Below are positions 1-9,979 of a DNA stretch of 64,000 nucleotides, in pieces. Source of the DNA: Clostridia bacterium. GTDB taxonomy: Bacteria; Bacillota; Clostridia; TANB77; CAG-508. How positions within the stretch are numbered: the stretch's first letter is position 1; each line of letters opens with the position of its first letter. Position numbers and translations under genes: made by a program. Below the pieces are notes generated by a model that was not told the origin of the DNA, made no database searches, and worked only from the letters and a program-made list of their open reading frames with translations. The stretch is from assembly GCA_017515985.1 (NCBI GenBank), contig JAFWDV010000009.1, positions 46,832 through 110,831 of the forward strand, written 5' to 3'.

Positions 1-117
1 TGCATTACACTCCCTTCATTTGTCTACATATATAATATATTAAGTACATAACAAATTCAAGAAAAATTTTAAAAGAGATGTACTAATATCAAAATACACC
101 TCTTTAATTAACATTAT

Positions 118-1845
118 TTAATCATTATTTGCCTGAACATTAGAATTTACTGTATTTACAACATTTGTAGAATTGGTTTGCATGTTGTTCGCTGTGTTTG
201 TATTATTTGTTGAATTTCCATCTGACGTTGTATTTCCGTTTTGCTGTGTTTTATTTTCACTACTGCTCTTGCTTTTTTTAGTACTATCACCATACATTGT
301 ATATACATTAAACCTATATGGATCTCCATTAGAAAGTTTAACCTTCATAAAATATTTCTTTTCTTCATTCTCAGAAACAGAATATATCTCATCTGATTCC
401 ATACCAATCTTTTCGCTATTTTTTAAACTTACTATATAGTATTTTATATTTTTTTCGTCATTACTTGTTGTTACTGGTTGATTTGTAACTGGATCTATGT
501 TTTGTATATTATTACCAAATACAACTCCATCTCCAGCAGTTAAATCTGGTAAGTATATTACAGGGTTTCCACTCTCTGCTAAAGCGCAACCTATATAATC
601 ATATTGAGGAACTATAAGCATTCTACCCTCTGAGGAAACAATTCCCCACTTATTATCTCTTTTTATTGGAATATATTTATCATCTATAATAAATTTAGAA
701 TCCATATACTCATACTTAGAATCATCTTCAATTCCAACATATTGATACTCAGGTTTAAGAATAGTTTCAGATTTTATTTCTGAATCTTTTTCTGATATTT
801 TTACGATACCATATCTTTCATTTTCTTTAATAATGTAAAGTGTTCCATCATCACCTAATTGCTGAATACTAGAATATTTAGGCTCTATTACAGTCTTTAC
901 ATTTCCACTTCCATTCAATTCAAATTTTAAAACACCTTGCTTTTCATCATCAGAAGTTGTTACAATAAGGCAACTATAGCTTTCTACAAAGTATATGTCT
1001 GAATATTTACAACTTAAAACATAATTACCTTCTTGATAATTATTGTAATTTGCTATTCCATAATCATCTGCACTGTTTTTAATAAGAACAAAACCATATT
1101 TAAGTAACTTTTTGTTGTTATAACTTAAAGTTTCATCATTGACTGCAGTAGGAACTATGCTTGATGCAGTTTTTTGCAATGCATCCAACGTGTAAATAGA
1201 AACAGCCTTATTCTTTTGATTGTATGAGACAATTACATTAAATCCAAGCTCAATAGCATCCGCACTTGCATATATTTCATTATCTACTAGCCTTACACCG
1301 TCTTCCACTGTGAAGTACTCATAATCGAAATCATTCTTCTCAATATCTTTTGTTTCATCTTTATTATCTTTATTATTGCTACTACTATTACTTTTCTTGC
1401 TGTTTTTATTTTCAGAATTCTCATCATCTTCATCTGCTTTATTATTAATAGTTTTATACATCGTATTTGAGCCCGATATAAATGATGTATATTCATTTTC
1501 AGTTTTTACGTGACATTTTGTTGTATCTTCACCATGAACCTTTTGCTCATCATTATAAAAGCCTACGCCAAGCATACTTGCAAGTTTTTTAACTGAAATA
1601 TAAATTTGACCTTTGTCTGAAACATAAACATTCTTTTTATCTTGCATTAAGAATAAATCTTGCGAAAACTTTGTATCAGCCCCATTAATTGAAAGTGTTA
1701 ATGTATTCTTCTTTTTAACACTTGAATATATAAGAATTATAGCAACTATGCCAATTAAAACTGCTATAGTAATTATGATTATTTTAGTTAATTTTTTTTG
1801 TTTTTCTTCGGATTCTCTCTCAACATTTTCGTCAATTAAATTCAT
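118..1845 (-). CDS. membrane-anchored surface protein: N-terminal TM anchor, copper-amine-oxidase-like N-terminal (stalk) domain, WG-type repeats, N/S/T-rich low-complexity C-terminal tail
   Basis: 575-aa ORF; hydrophobic anchor IIIITIAVLIGIVAIILIY near N-terminus; LSINGADTKF...VYVSVKKLASMLGVGFYND resembles Cu-amine-oxidase N1 fold; repeated KWGIV/RYGIV...LIVPQYDYIG motifs; Asn/Thr/Ser-rich tail. Confidence 0.5.
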   Translation of the reverse strand: MNLIDENVERESEEKQKKLTKIIIITIAVLIGIVAIILIYSSVKKKNTLTLSINGADTKFSQDLFLMQDKKNVYVSDKGQIYISVKKLASMLGVGFYNDEQKVHGEDTTKCHVKTENEYTSFISGSNTMYKTINNKADEDDENSENKNSKKSNSSSNNKDNKDETKDIEKNDFDYEYFTVEDGVRLVDNEIYASADAIELGFNVIVSYNQKNKAVSIYTLDALQKTASSIVPTAVNDETLSYNNKKLLKYGFVLIKNSADDYGIANYNNYQEGNYVLSCKYSDIYFVESYSCLIVTTSDDEKQGVLKFELNGSGNVKTVIEPKYSSIQQLGDDGTLYIIKENERYGIVKISEKDSEIKSETILKPEYQYVGIEDDSKYEYMDSKFIIDDKYIPIKRDNKWGIVSSEGRMLIVPQYDYIGCALAESGNPVIYLPDLTAGDGVVFGNNIQNIDPVTNQPVTTSNDEKNIKYYIVSLKNSEKIGMESDEIYSVSENEEKKYFMKVKLSNGDPYRFNVYTMYGDSTKKSKSSSENKTQQNGNTTSDGNSTNNTNTANNMQTNSTNVVNTVNSNVQANND

Positions 1846-1918
1846 ATCTTAACTCCTTTTCATTAGTAATTCCCAAAAATATTTTATCTAATTGGAATAT
1901 CTTTGTCAAGAAATTTAA

Positions 1919-3148
1919 CTATTTCTTTCTACGTAAAATCCACCCATTTTCGACATTTGTAGGTATTACCATTTTAACACTTTGACCGGCTTTTCCAGGG
2001 TTAACAAATTGAATCTGTTCATCTGTTTCAGTATCCCATAAAGCATCAATTTTAAATACGAATGGCTCTAATTTACCAGGAATTAGAATTTCCATTGTAT
2101 CACCTACAGATAGTTTATTCTTTATTTCAACTATAATCTTTTCAGATGAAGAATCAGTAATCTTACCACCATATTCATAGTTAGGATTATACTGTTTTCC
2201 TTCATATTCTTGAAAATCTTTATTATTTCTGTCATTAAAATAAAATGTTGTTAAACCTCTAGTTTTAACTTTGTCCAATTCATCAAGATATTTTTTATAG
2301 TCATAATGCTCGGGATCCTTCATATAATCATCTAAAGCATTTCTATATGTATTAACTACTGAAGCTAAATAATATTCAGTTTTAAGTCTACCTTCAATCT
2401 TTAAACTGTCGACACCTAGTCCAACTATATCAGGTATCTCCTTTATTAAGCATAAATCTTTTGATGAAAAAATATATGTACCTTTATCATCGTATTCAAC
2501 AGGCATCAAATTACCAGGATTATTGTGCTCTTCTACATACACGTTGTATGCCCATCTGCAACTTTGCGCACAATCACCTAAATTAGCACTTCTTCCAGCC
2601 AAGAAATCACTTAAGAAACATCTTCCAGAATATCCAAAACAAATAGCCCCATGAACAAATATCTCTGTTTCAAGGTCATCTGGTGTAATTCTTATAAGCT
2701 CTCTAATTTGCTCTTTATTTAATTCTCTTGCAAGAATAACACGTTTTGCTCCATTTTTATACCAAAAATTGGCTGTATGGCCACTTACAATATTGGCTTG
2801 TGTACTAATATGTATTTCTACATCCGGAGCCTCTTCTTTAACAACATCTAATACGCCGCCATCTGCTAAAATAATTGCATCAACTTTTAGCTTTTGCAAC
2901 ATTCTTGCTTGTTTCCTTACCTCATCATAACTATCGTCCCACGCATAAATATTTATAGTGGTATATACTTTCTTTCCAATGCTGTGTGCATATTCTATTG
3001 TTTTAGCAAGCAATTCATCATCCATTTCAGCTCTTGTTCTTAAAGATAATGATGATGTTCCTGCATATACAGCATCTGCTCCATATAAAAACGCTGTCTT
3101 TGCTTTCTCAAAAGATCCAACTGGAGCCAATATTTCTGGCTTTTTCAT
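1919..3148 (-). CDS. peptidase U32 family protein (YhbU/RlhA/TrhP-like)
   Basis: 409 aa; N-terminal MKKPEILAPVGSFEKAKTAFLYGADAVYAG and central cysteine-rich region typical of U32 family. Confidence 0.75.
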   Translation of the reverse strand: MKKPEILAPVGSFEKAKTAFLYGADAVYAGTSSLSLRTRAEMDDELLAKTIEYAHSIGKKVYTTINIYAWDDSYDEVRKQARMLQKLKVDAIILADGGVLDVVKEEAPDVEIHISTQANIVSGHTANFWYKNGAKRVILARELNKEQIRELIRITPDDLETEIFVHGAICFGYSGRCFLSDFLAGRSANLGDCAQSCRWAYNVYVEEHNNPGNLMPVEYDDKGTYIFSSKDLCLIKEIPDIVGLGVDSLKIEGRLKTEYYLASVVNTYRNALDDYMKDPEHYDYKKYLDELDKVKTRGLTTFYFNDRNNKDFQEYEGKQYNPNYEYGGKITDSSSEKIIVEIKNKLSVGDTMEILIPGKLEPFVFKIDALWDTETDEQIQFVNPGKAGQSVKMVIPTNVENGWILRRKK

Positions 3149-3296
3149 CTTACTATTCCATCCCTTTCCACATTTAGCATATTATTTATTTCTAAAAATG
3201 CTCTTTTATAACTATCTGTGCCATTATATCATATAATTACCATAATATCTATACTTGTTGCTATAAAATTTTATTGGATTTTTGGTTATTTTCAGC

Positions 3297-3557
3297 TTAA
3301 TTATTTTTCTGCTTACTGTATTTTAACTTAGTAGCCAACCCCCCTCTAATATGCCTTTCTGCTTTATTTTCATCTAATATAGCCCTTACTTCTCCAGCTA
3401 AGATAGGATTAATCTTTAGCAGTCTTTCTGATACATCTTTATGGACTGTAGACTTGCTAACTCCGTATTTAGCAGCTGTTCCTCTTACAGTATCTTTTGA
3501 ATCTATAATATAATGTGCAAGCTGCGTTGCACGCTCTTCTATTGAAATTCCTCTCAT
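3297..3557 (-). CDS. spoIIID: stage III sporulation transcriptional regulator SpoIIID
   Basis: 86 aa; MRGISIEERATQLAHYIIDSKDTVRGTAAKYGVSKSTVHKDV HTH strongly matches SpoIIID. Confidence 0.85.
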   Translation of the reverse strand: MRGISIEERATQLAHYIIDSKDTVRGTAAKYGVSKSTVHKDVSERLLKINPILAGEVRAILDENKAERHIRGGLATKLKYSKQKNN

Positions 3558-3649
3558 GCAAAAACCCCCATACGAATAGTTTTGATTAATTCTATTCGCA
3601 TGAGGATTTTATTAGAACGATAGTTTTTATGAATTTTAATCCAATTGCA

Positions 3650-5974
3650 CTATTTATTTAATACATCATTCCAGGTTATATTATTACCAGCTCCAATCCT
3701 AGCAGAATATACCAAAATAAGAGCAGCATCTGAGGCGTTTATTGTACCATCTTCATTTACATCCGCATATTTTAATTCATCCGTTAATGGAGGTGTAAAC
3801 TCTGCTTTACTTCCTACTGCTGCTGTATACATTAAAATTAATGTTGCATCTGATGCATTTGCCACACCATCACCATTTACATCACCTTTAACACCTCTGG
3901 TAGTATCAAATTTAACTGATTCTATTTGGTATGTTGTATTACCTTTAGCATCCTTTACTGGTTTCTTTGTTAGTACAGCTCCGTATGAAAATTCTTCCTT
4001 CTTCTCTGCATTTTCGTTTTCTGTTGAATTAAAATTATATTGCTTTACAGCTAAGTAATATTTGTTACATAATGTTGCAAATTCTTTAGTATTTACTAAT
4101 TTTTGGAGCATAGCCACTTTTCCATTTGATTTCATTTCTTGTGCATATTGTGATAATTCATCTGACGTAGCACTTCTTTGCAATGTAGCCTTAAATATAG
4201 CATTTACGCAATCATTATCTGACATGTTTTCTTTACTAATTCTATCTTTAAAGTTATCTCCTTCAACATACATCTTTATGAAATCTCCAGCTTTCTTTTC
4301 CCCTGTTACTAATGAAGTTGTATTGCTTTCTACTGCATTTGCATTTTCACCTAATATTGATTTACTTACATTTTGTGCAAATTTACTAGCTAAATCATTT
4401 GTTGTAGTTATTGCTCTTGGACTATAACTTCCAAGAGATAAACCATATTCCTTAGCTAAAATTTGAAAACTCGTATGTCTTAAAAGCTCTTGAACCAATT
4501 CATTACGTGTTGTTCCACTTGACAAGCGTTCAGTATAACTAGATACAGTTTTCTCATCTAAAGTCTTTCCTATAGTTGTTTTTGCCAAAGTATTTACGAA
4601 TTGTGCATCATCCATAGCTTTATTCTTAAATTCACTTGACTCAAATATTGCAGAAACTACCATAGAAGCATTACTTGTTCCATTTACCAATCTCTCAGAT
4701 ATAGCCTTTAATTCTTCATCTGAAGGATTTCTTTCAAGTGCAGCTTGATATTCTTTCTTAATGAAATTATTTGCTTTCTCTTCTGTTGTATTTTGATTAA
4801 ACTTAGTAGCTGTATATGATCCTTTTTCTAATCCATATTTATCACAAATTGCTTTAAACTCATCATTAGAAAGTACTATTGAAATTATATCAGCATATGA
4901 TAAATTTCTATCTGTAATATCTTTTAGCTCTTCTTCTGATATTTCTCTTGCAAGAGCTCTTTTAAAAGCTGATTTTGCAAACTCAGAAACACTTACTGGA
5001 TTGTACATATATACATTTGTAAGCTCTGAAGCTGCAATATCAGAAGCAGTTTTAGTTTTATTTACTAAATCTTTAACAGCTTGATTATATTGATTTGCCT
5101 CATTTATGTTATAAACTTGATTTACAAATGCTATTGCATTTTGAAGTGCTGATCCATTATCTATAGTTTCTGTAGGTTTATCTCCTGGATTTGAATCAAC
5201 AGGTTGATTACCTGGATCTGGTGTTGGATCTGGTGTTGGGTTTGGTGTTGGATCTGGTGTTGGGTTTTGAGAGTCGTCACTTCCCTTTATCTTAAATTTT
5301 ATTGTTACAGGGTAATATGCCCTAACAAATCCTTCCATACTATAATCTGCAACTCTCGAATAAACTTCCTCTCCTACAAGGGATCTGAAATCCTTACTGG
5401 CAGAATATATATTTTTCCATCTACTATACGTTGTAGTTTTTTTATAATATGTAACAGTAACACACCATTTTGCTAATCCTGTATTGTATGACATTACAGG
5501 ATCAGATTCAGTAGTATAGAATTTTCCTCCAACTGATACTTTCTCACTTCTCATCCATGTATTATAAACACTTGTTGCCTGTTCTTTGCTCTTACATTGC
5601 TGTGTTGTTCTTTCAATACTTGTTTTTTCTGATTTAATTTTATACTTATGTCTATACGTATTCTCATATTTGCTAAATTGTACAGAAACTCGCTCTACAT
5701 TGTTTCTGTTAGCAGTACGTGGTACCGCATTACTAGATATATACTTATCAATATTATTTGTAAATCTCGACCATACCATATCATCTAGTGTTTTTGTTTC
5801 TTTAGCATCGTCAAATTCCAAATTCTTATAGATACTACCCCAATAATAACCATGATTAGTTACCGTATATACTTGATCATCTGCAGCTTTGCTTACATTA
5901 AAAATCGACATTACTTGCAAACACATTATTGCTATCAATAAAATTGAAAAAATCCTTTTAATTAAATTTTTCAT
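3650..5974 (-). CDS. secreted modular protein: signal peptide, unknown N-terminal domain, Pro/Thr linker, four DUF4214-like repeats, C-terminal type-I dockerin
   Basis: 774 aa; signal peptide ending VSKA; PTPDPTPNPTPDPTPDPG linker; four ~75-aa repeats; C-terminal duplicated Ca-binding segments DVNGDGVANASDATLILMY and DVNEDGTINASDAALILVY. Confidence 0.7.
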   Translation of the reverse strand: MKNLIKRIFSILLIAIMCLQVMSIFNVSKAADDQVYTVTNHGYYWGSIYKNLEFDDAKETKTLDDMVWSRFTNNIDKYISSNAVPRTANRNNVERVSVQFSKYENTYRHKYKIKSEKTSIERTTQQCKSKEQATSVYNTWMRSEKVSVGGKFYTTESDPVMSYNTGLAKWCVTVTYYKKTTTYSRWKNIYSASKDFRSLVGEEVYSRVADYSMEGFVRAYYPVTIKFKIKGSDDSQNPTPDPTPNPTPDPTPDPGNQPVDSNPGDKPTETIDNGSALQNAIAFVNQVYNINEANQYNQAVKDLVNKTKTASDIAASELTNVYMYNPVSVSEFAKSAFKRALAREISEEELKDITDRNLSYADIISIVLSNDEFKAICDKYGLEKGSYTATKFNQNTTEEKANNFIKKEYQAALERNPSDEELKAISERLVNGTSNASMVVSAIFESSEFKNKAMDDAQFVNTLAKTTIGKTLDEKTVSSYTERLSSGTTRNELVQELLRHTSFQILAKEYGLSLGSYSPRAITTTNDLASKFAQNVSKSILGENANAVESNTTSLVTGEKKAGDFIKMYVEGDNFKDRISKENMSDNDCVNAIFKATLQRSATSDELSQYAQEMKSNGKVAMLQKLVNTKEFATLCNKYYLAVKQYNFNSTENENAEKKEEFSYGAVLTKKPVKDAKGNTTYQIESVKFDTTRGVKGDVNGDGVANASDATLILMYTAAVGSKAEFTPPLTDELKYADVNEDGTINASDAALILVYSARIGAGNNITWNDVLNK

Positions 5975-6016
5975 TTTTGCCTCCTTTAATTTTTATAATT
6001 TCATATTCTAATAAGG

Positions 6017-6049
6017 AACAAGCAATTTCATAAGCTTGCTCCTTATCAA
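6017..6049 (-). terminator. hairpin between the two dockerin-protein paralogs (possible partial terminator/attenuator)
   Basis: aaggaacaagc-loop-gcttgctcctt (1 mismatch) immediately downstream of stop of 6051..8261, followed by RBS of the next gene. Confidence 0.35.
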
Positions 6050-6050
6050 T

Positions 6051-8261
6051 CTACCTATTCAATACCTCATTCCAATCTGTACTACCTGTTGCACCGTAAT
6101 TAGCTGCATATATTAAGATAAGAGCTGCATCTGATGCATTTATTGCACCATCTCCATTTATATCTGCACAATTTAGCTCTTCTTGGGTTGGTTGAACGAA
6201 GTTAACCCCCATAACTGCTGCATACATTAAAACTAAAGAAGCATCTGATGCATTAACAGCTTCATCACCGTTCACATCTCCCTTAATTCCAGTACTTGTA
6301 TCAAACTTAACTGATTGCACAGTCTCAGTTATTTTTCCTGTTGTATCAGTATTCTTAATCTTTATAATAGTAGCACCACCAGCTTTTGCTTCTAGAGTTT
6401 CGCTCTTTGGAGCATTGCTTGAAGATGGAGAATAACTTCTAACTGGCAAATAATACCTATTACAAACCGAAGCAAATTCATTTAAATTAAGCAATTTCGT
6501 TAAAATAGCGCTCTTATCGTTTTGCTTTATATCATTCAAATATTCAGATAGCTCTTCTGATGTTGGGTCTCTTTGTACAGTTGCCTGGAACAAAGCTTTG
6601 ACATAATCATTATCAGTCATATTTTCTTTTTGAATTCTATCTGCAAAATTTGTGCTCTCTACATATAACTTTACAAAATCACCAGCTGAATACTTTCCAG
6701 AAGTTAAATAACCAGATAATGTTTGTATTACATTTGCATTTTCTCCAAGAATTGATTTACTTACTTTTGTATTAAATTTATCAGCGGCTTCAGTTGTCGG
6801 AACAATATCCTTTGGACTATAACTTCCTGTTGATAATCCATAACTCTCACATAGTGAAACAAATGCACTATGTCTTAATAGCTCTTGTATTAACTCATTA
6901 CGTGTAAATCCTGTTGATAATCTTTCCACATATCCAGATTTTTCTTTATCTGTTAAATCTCTACCTATTGTTGCTCTTGCAAGCACATTAGCAAATTGAG
7001 CATCATCTAGACCTTTATTTTTAAATTCACTTGCTTCAAATATTGATGCAATTACAACTGAAGCAGTTATTTTTCCATTTACTAAATTATCTACAATTAC
7101 ATTTAATTCAGTATCTGAAGGCTCTCTTCCCATTATTATTGAAAATTCGCTCTTTACAAACAGAGCAGCTTTTTCTTGTGTAGTATTTTGATTAAACTTA
7201 ACAGGAGTATATGATCCAACTTCTAATTCATATTTTTTGCAAACTTCTTTAAACTCATCGCTTCCAACAACAGTTGATATTACATCTGAAAATGTAAGTT
7301 TATCTTCTTCTACATTGCTTACTTCTTCATCTGTTGCTTCTCTTCCAAGAGCTCTTTTATAAGCTTGTTTTGTAAATTCAGAAATACTCAATGTGTTATA
7401 CGAATTTAGATTTGTAAGTTCAGAAGCAACTATGTCAGTTGCAGTTTTTGTTTTGTTTACTAAATCTTTTACAGCTTGATTATTTTTGTTTGCCTCTTTA
7501 ATATCAAATACTTGATTTACGAAATCAATCGCATTTTTTAATGCTGTACCATTATCTAACGTTTCCGTTTGCTTTTTATCATTTTGATTATCAACAACTA
7601 CTCCACCTTTATCTTGATTGTTTGAAGGTTCCTGTGATGGTTTGTCTGTTGGATTAGTAGAAGGATTTGATTTTTCTCCTTGCGAAGGTGTCACTGAAGG
7701 ATTTGAATCACTTGTGTATACAGTAAATGAACATTTATAACGAGTTTCAGTAACTTTTAATTTTGGTTTGCTAGATGATGTTGCTATAGAGTTAAAGCTA
7801 CTTGTTGTCCATTCTGAAACTCTATTTGTAGTGTATTTTTTAGGTTTATAATATATTACCTTTACTTCAAAATTACTTGTCCAGACAGCGCTTTTGACTT
7901 TATATCCATTATATTTCCCCTCTTTAGTAATCTTCTCAGCCTTTTCTCTTGCAACTCTCATTTCATCCTTTAACTCTTTCATAGGCGTTCTTGGGATTTT
8001 TTCTTCAACTTCCACATATCCTGTCGTTTCCACTGTATAACTATATCTATATTCCTTCACACACGAATTTATCGTGGCCGAAGTAACATTTAATCCCTTT
8101 TTCTTATACAGACTTACTATCTCACTTGCTGATGGTTTGTTTTGAAATGTTAATGTATCATTTATTTGTGCAGCTTTACTTGTATTAAAAAAAGACAAAC
8201 ATGATAGACATATAATTATAACTAAAAACGTTGCTACAACTCTCTTGTATTTTTTTTTCAT
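6051..8261 (-). CDS. secreted modular protein, paralog of 3650..5974: signal peptide, distinct N-terminal domain, S/T/P-rich linker, four DUF4214-like repeats, C-terminal type-I dockerin
   Basis: 736 aa; same repeat architecture as 3650..5974; C-terminal DVNGDEAVNASDASLVLMY / DINGDGAINASDAALILIY dockerin segments. Confidence 0.7.
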   Translation of the reverse strand: MKKKYKRVVATFLVIIICLSCLSFFNTSKAAQINDTLTFQNKPSASEIVSLYKKKGLNVTSATINSCVKEYRYSYTVETTGYVEVEEKIPRTPMKELKDEMRVAREKAEKITKEGKYNGYKVKSAVWTSNFEVKVIYYKPKKYTTNRVSEWTTSSFNSIATSSSKPKLKVTETRYKCSFTVYTSDSNPSVTPSQGEKSNPSTNPTDKPSQEPSNNQDKGGVVVDNQNDKKQTETLDNGTALKNAIDFVNQVFDIKEANKNNQAVKDLVNKTKTATDIVASELTNLNSYNTLSISEFTKQAYKRALGREATDEEVSNVEEDKLTFSDVISTVVGSDEFKEVCKKYELEVGSYTPVKFNQNTTQEKAALFVKSEFSIIMGREPSDTELNVIVDNLVNGKITASVVIASIFEASEFKNKGLDDAQFANVLARATIGRDLTDKEKSGYVERLSTGFTRNELIQELLRHSAFVSLCESYGLSTGSYSPKDIVPTTEAADKFNTKVSKSILGENANVIQTLSGYLTSGKYSAGDFVKLYVESTNFADRIQKENMTDNDYVKALFQATVQRDPTSEELSEYLNDIKQNDKSAILTKLLNLNEFASVCNRYYLPVRSYSPSSSNAPKSETLEAKAGGATIIKIKNTDTTGKITETVQSVKFDTSTGIKGDVNGDEAVNASDASLVLMYAAVMGVNFVQPTQEELNCADINGDGAINASDAALILIYAANYGATGSTDWNEVLNR

Positions 8262-8273
8262 ATTATCACCTCA

Positions 8274-9464
8274 CTAGTATGGTAATGTGAATTCACTAGC
8301 TTTCCAATCATCCCCTGATTTTTTCAAAACAAAACTTTGTTTTAAAGTGTTTGTCTTATTTTCAGCATAGTTACTATACACACTTGATACTTCTGCTTTT
8401 ATCTCATTATCTGAAAATTCTAAAGCTTTTATTGAACTGTTAACATATGATACATCTTTATCTCTACCGATGTTTTCAAGTTTCATATATTGGCTACCAT
8501 TTTTCTCTATAATTCCACAAACTTTTAAGAAGTCACTTTTAAACTCATTAGTTACTGCTTTTTCAACAGACTCACTATAATTTTCTATTTTTGCATAATT
8601 GCTACCATCAAATTCATATATTTTGAAGCCATCTCCGTCTTTTTCAAAGTCTAAATAACTTCCATCAGCAATATTTAGCAATGTTTCATATCTATATTTT
8701 GCTATTATTGATGCTTCATTTTCATCCATTGTAGTTTTTGTACTTATTACAACTTCTTCTTTCACAATTTTATAGCAAGCTATACCTGCAGCAACAGTCA
8801 TTAATAAAAGTATTATTACAATTATTGATTTTTTAGCTCCACTAGTTTTCTTGCTAAAAGCCACTTTTATCATAATAATAAATAACAACAAAGCAGCAGC
8901 TCCAAGTACAATTGCTAAAATTAATGATTTGTTAAATTTACTTGCATTTCCTTTTTTTACCTTAACTTCACCACTTGTTACTGTGTACTTAACTGATGCA
9001 GTTTGAACAGTTGCCAAACTTGTAGCTTCGTCAATAATTAGTACAAAGCTTTTATCATTTTCAACTTCTTCAGGCATTTTAAATTTTATAGAGAACAAAT
9101 CGATGTCTCCATTAACACCTTTAGAACCACTAAAACTTACAGTAACTTTTCCATCATCTTGATTTTGAGCACCTTCAATTGTAAATTTATCGTTTTTATC
9201 CTCTAAACCTACAAATTCAAGACCACCACAATCTATAACTATAGTTCCACTACATAAAGATTCAATGTTTTCGATTTTTACAGGAACCTTTACTTCTTTA
9301 TTATCTTTTATATCCTCTATTTCAACTGTACCAATTGATAAATTAGCAACTTTTTCTTCGCTATCTGTTGTCGTAAGCTCATCAGCATACGATACAATAC
9401 TATACATAAACGTCATTACAACTATTGACAATATTGTTAATAAAACTTTTAATTTACTCTTCAT
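8274..9464 (-). CDS. cohesin-domain protein anchored by a two-helix membrane hairpin, with C-terminal extracytoplasmic domain
   Basis: 396 aa; signal peptide; residues ~40-170 (VKVPVKIENIESLCSGTIVIDCGGLEFVGLED ... DIDLFSIKFKMPEE) fit the cohesin beta-sandwich pattern; two hydrophobic helices separated by SKKTSGAKKS. Confidence 0.55.
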   Translation of the reverse strand: MKSKLKVLLTILSIVVMTFMYSIVSYADELTTTDSEEKVANLSIGTVEIEDIKDNKEVKVPVKIENIESLCSGTIVIDCGGLEFVGLEDKNDKFTIEGAQNQDDGKVTVSFSGSKGVNGDIDLFSIKFKMPEEVENDKSFVLIIDEATSLATVQTASVKYTVTSGEVKVKKGNASKFNKSLILAIVLGAAALLLFIIMIKVAFSKKTSGAKKSIIVIILLLMTVAAGIACYKIVKEEVVISTKTTMDENEASIIAKYRYETLLNIADGSYLDFEKDGDGFKIYEFDGSNYAKIENYSESVEKAVTNEFKSDFLKVCGIIEKNGSQYMKLENIGRDKDVSYVNSSIKALEFSDNEIKAEVSSVYSNYAENKTNTLKQSFVLKKSGDDWKASEFTLPY

Positions 9465-9500
9465 ATCAAAACCTCTTTCGTATTTTATTTTAAATAAAAT

Positions 9501-9965
9501 TTACACCTCATTTAACACTTCATCCCATGTTACTTCACCAGTGGTAGATGCTCCCATTTTTGCAGCATAAATTAAAACTAAAGCTGCATCTGATGCATTG
9601 ATTACACCGTCTTTATTTATATCAGCTACATTAAGCATTTGCTGAGTTGGCGCTTCAAAACGAACTCCCATATTAGCTGCATATATCAATATTCTAGCTG
9701 CATCTGATGCATTTACAGTACCGCTACCATCAACATCACCTAGCATGCCTGTGGCTGTATTAATTTGACTACTTTGGTTTCCAGTAGTTGTATTATTATT
9801 TACGGTATTATTTACAGTATTATTCGAACCTACGCTATTTCCGTTTGTATTAACTTCATTTTGTCCATTCGTTGCTGAAGCAAAATTTGTAATACTAGCT
9901 AGGAAAACAACTATGAAAAATAAAATAAGTATATCTAAAACTAGTTTTCTCCTCAAAAAAAACAC
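9501..9965 (-). CDS. small secreted or membrane-tethered dockerin-only protein
   Basis: 154 aa; N-terminal hydrophobic segment ending FASA; N/T-rich linker; complete dockerin (GDVDGSGTVNASDAARILIY ... DINKDGVINASDAALVLIY) and nothing else. Confidence 0.6.
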   Translation of the reverse strand: MFFLRRKLVLDILILFFIVVFLASITNFASATNGQNEVNTNGNSVGSNNTVNNTVNNNTTTGNQSSQINTATGMLGDVDGSGTVNASDAARILIYAANMGVRFEAPTQQMLNVADINKDGVINASDAALVLIYAAKMGASTTGEVTWDEVLNEV

Positions 9966-9979
9966 CTCCCATCATTTTA

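Noticed and set aside
5204-5290. Tandem tggatctggtgttgg-type nucleotide repeats
   Set aside because: They encode the PTPDPTPNPTP linker of the dockerin protein (antisense view). This is an in-frame coding repeat, not a CRISPR or non-coding array. No CRISPR array is found anywhere in the window.
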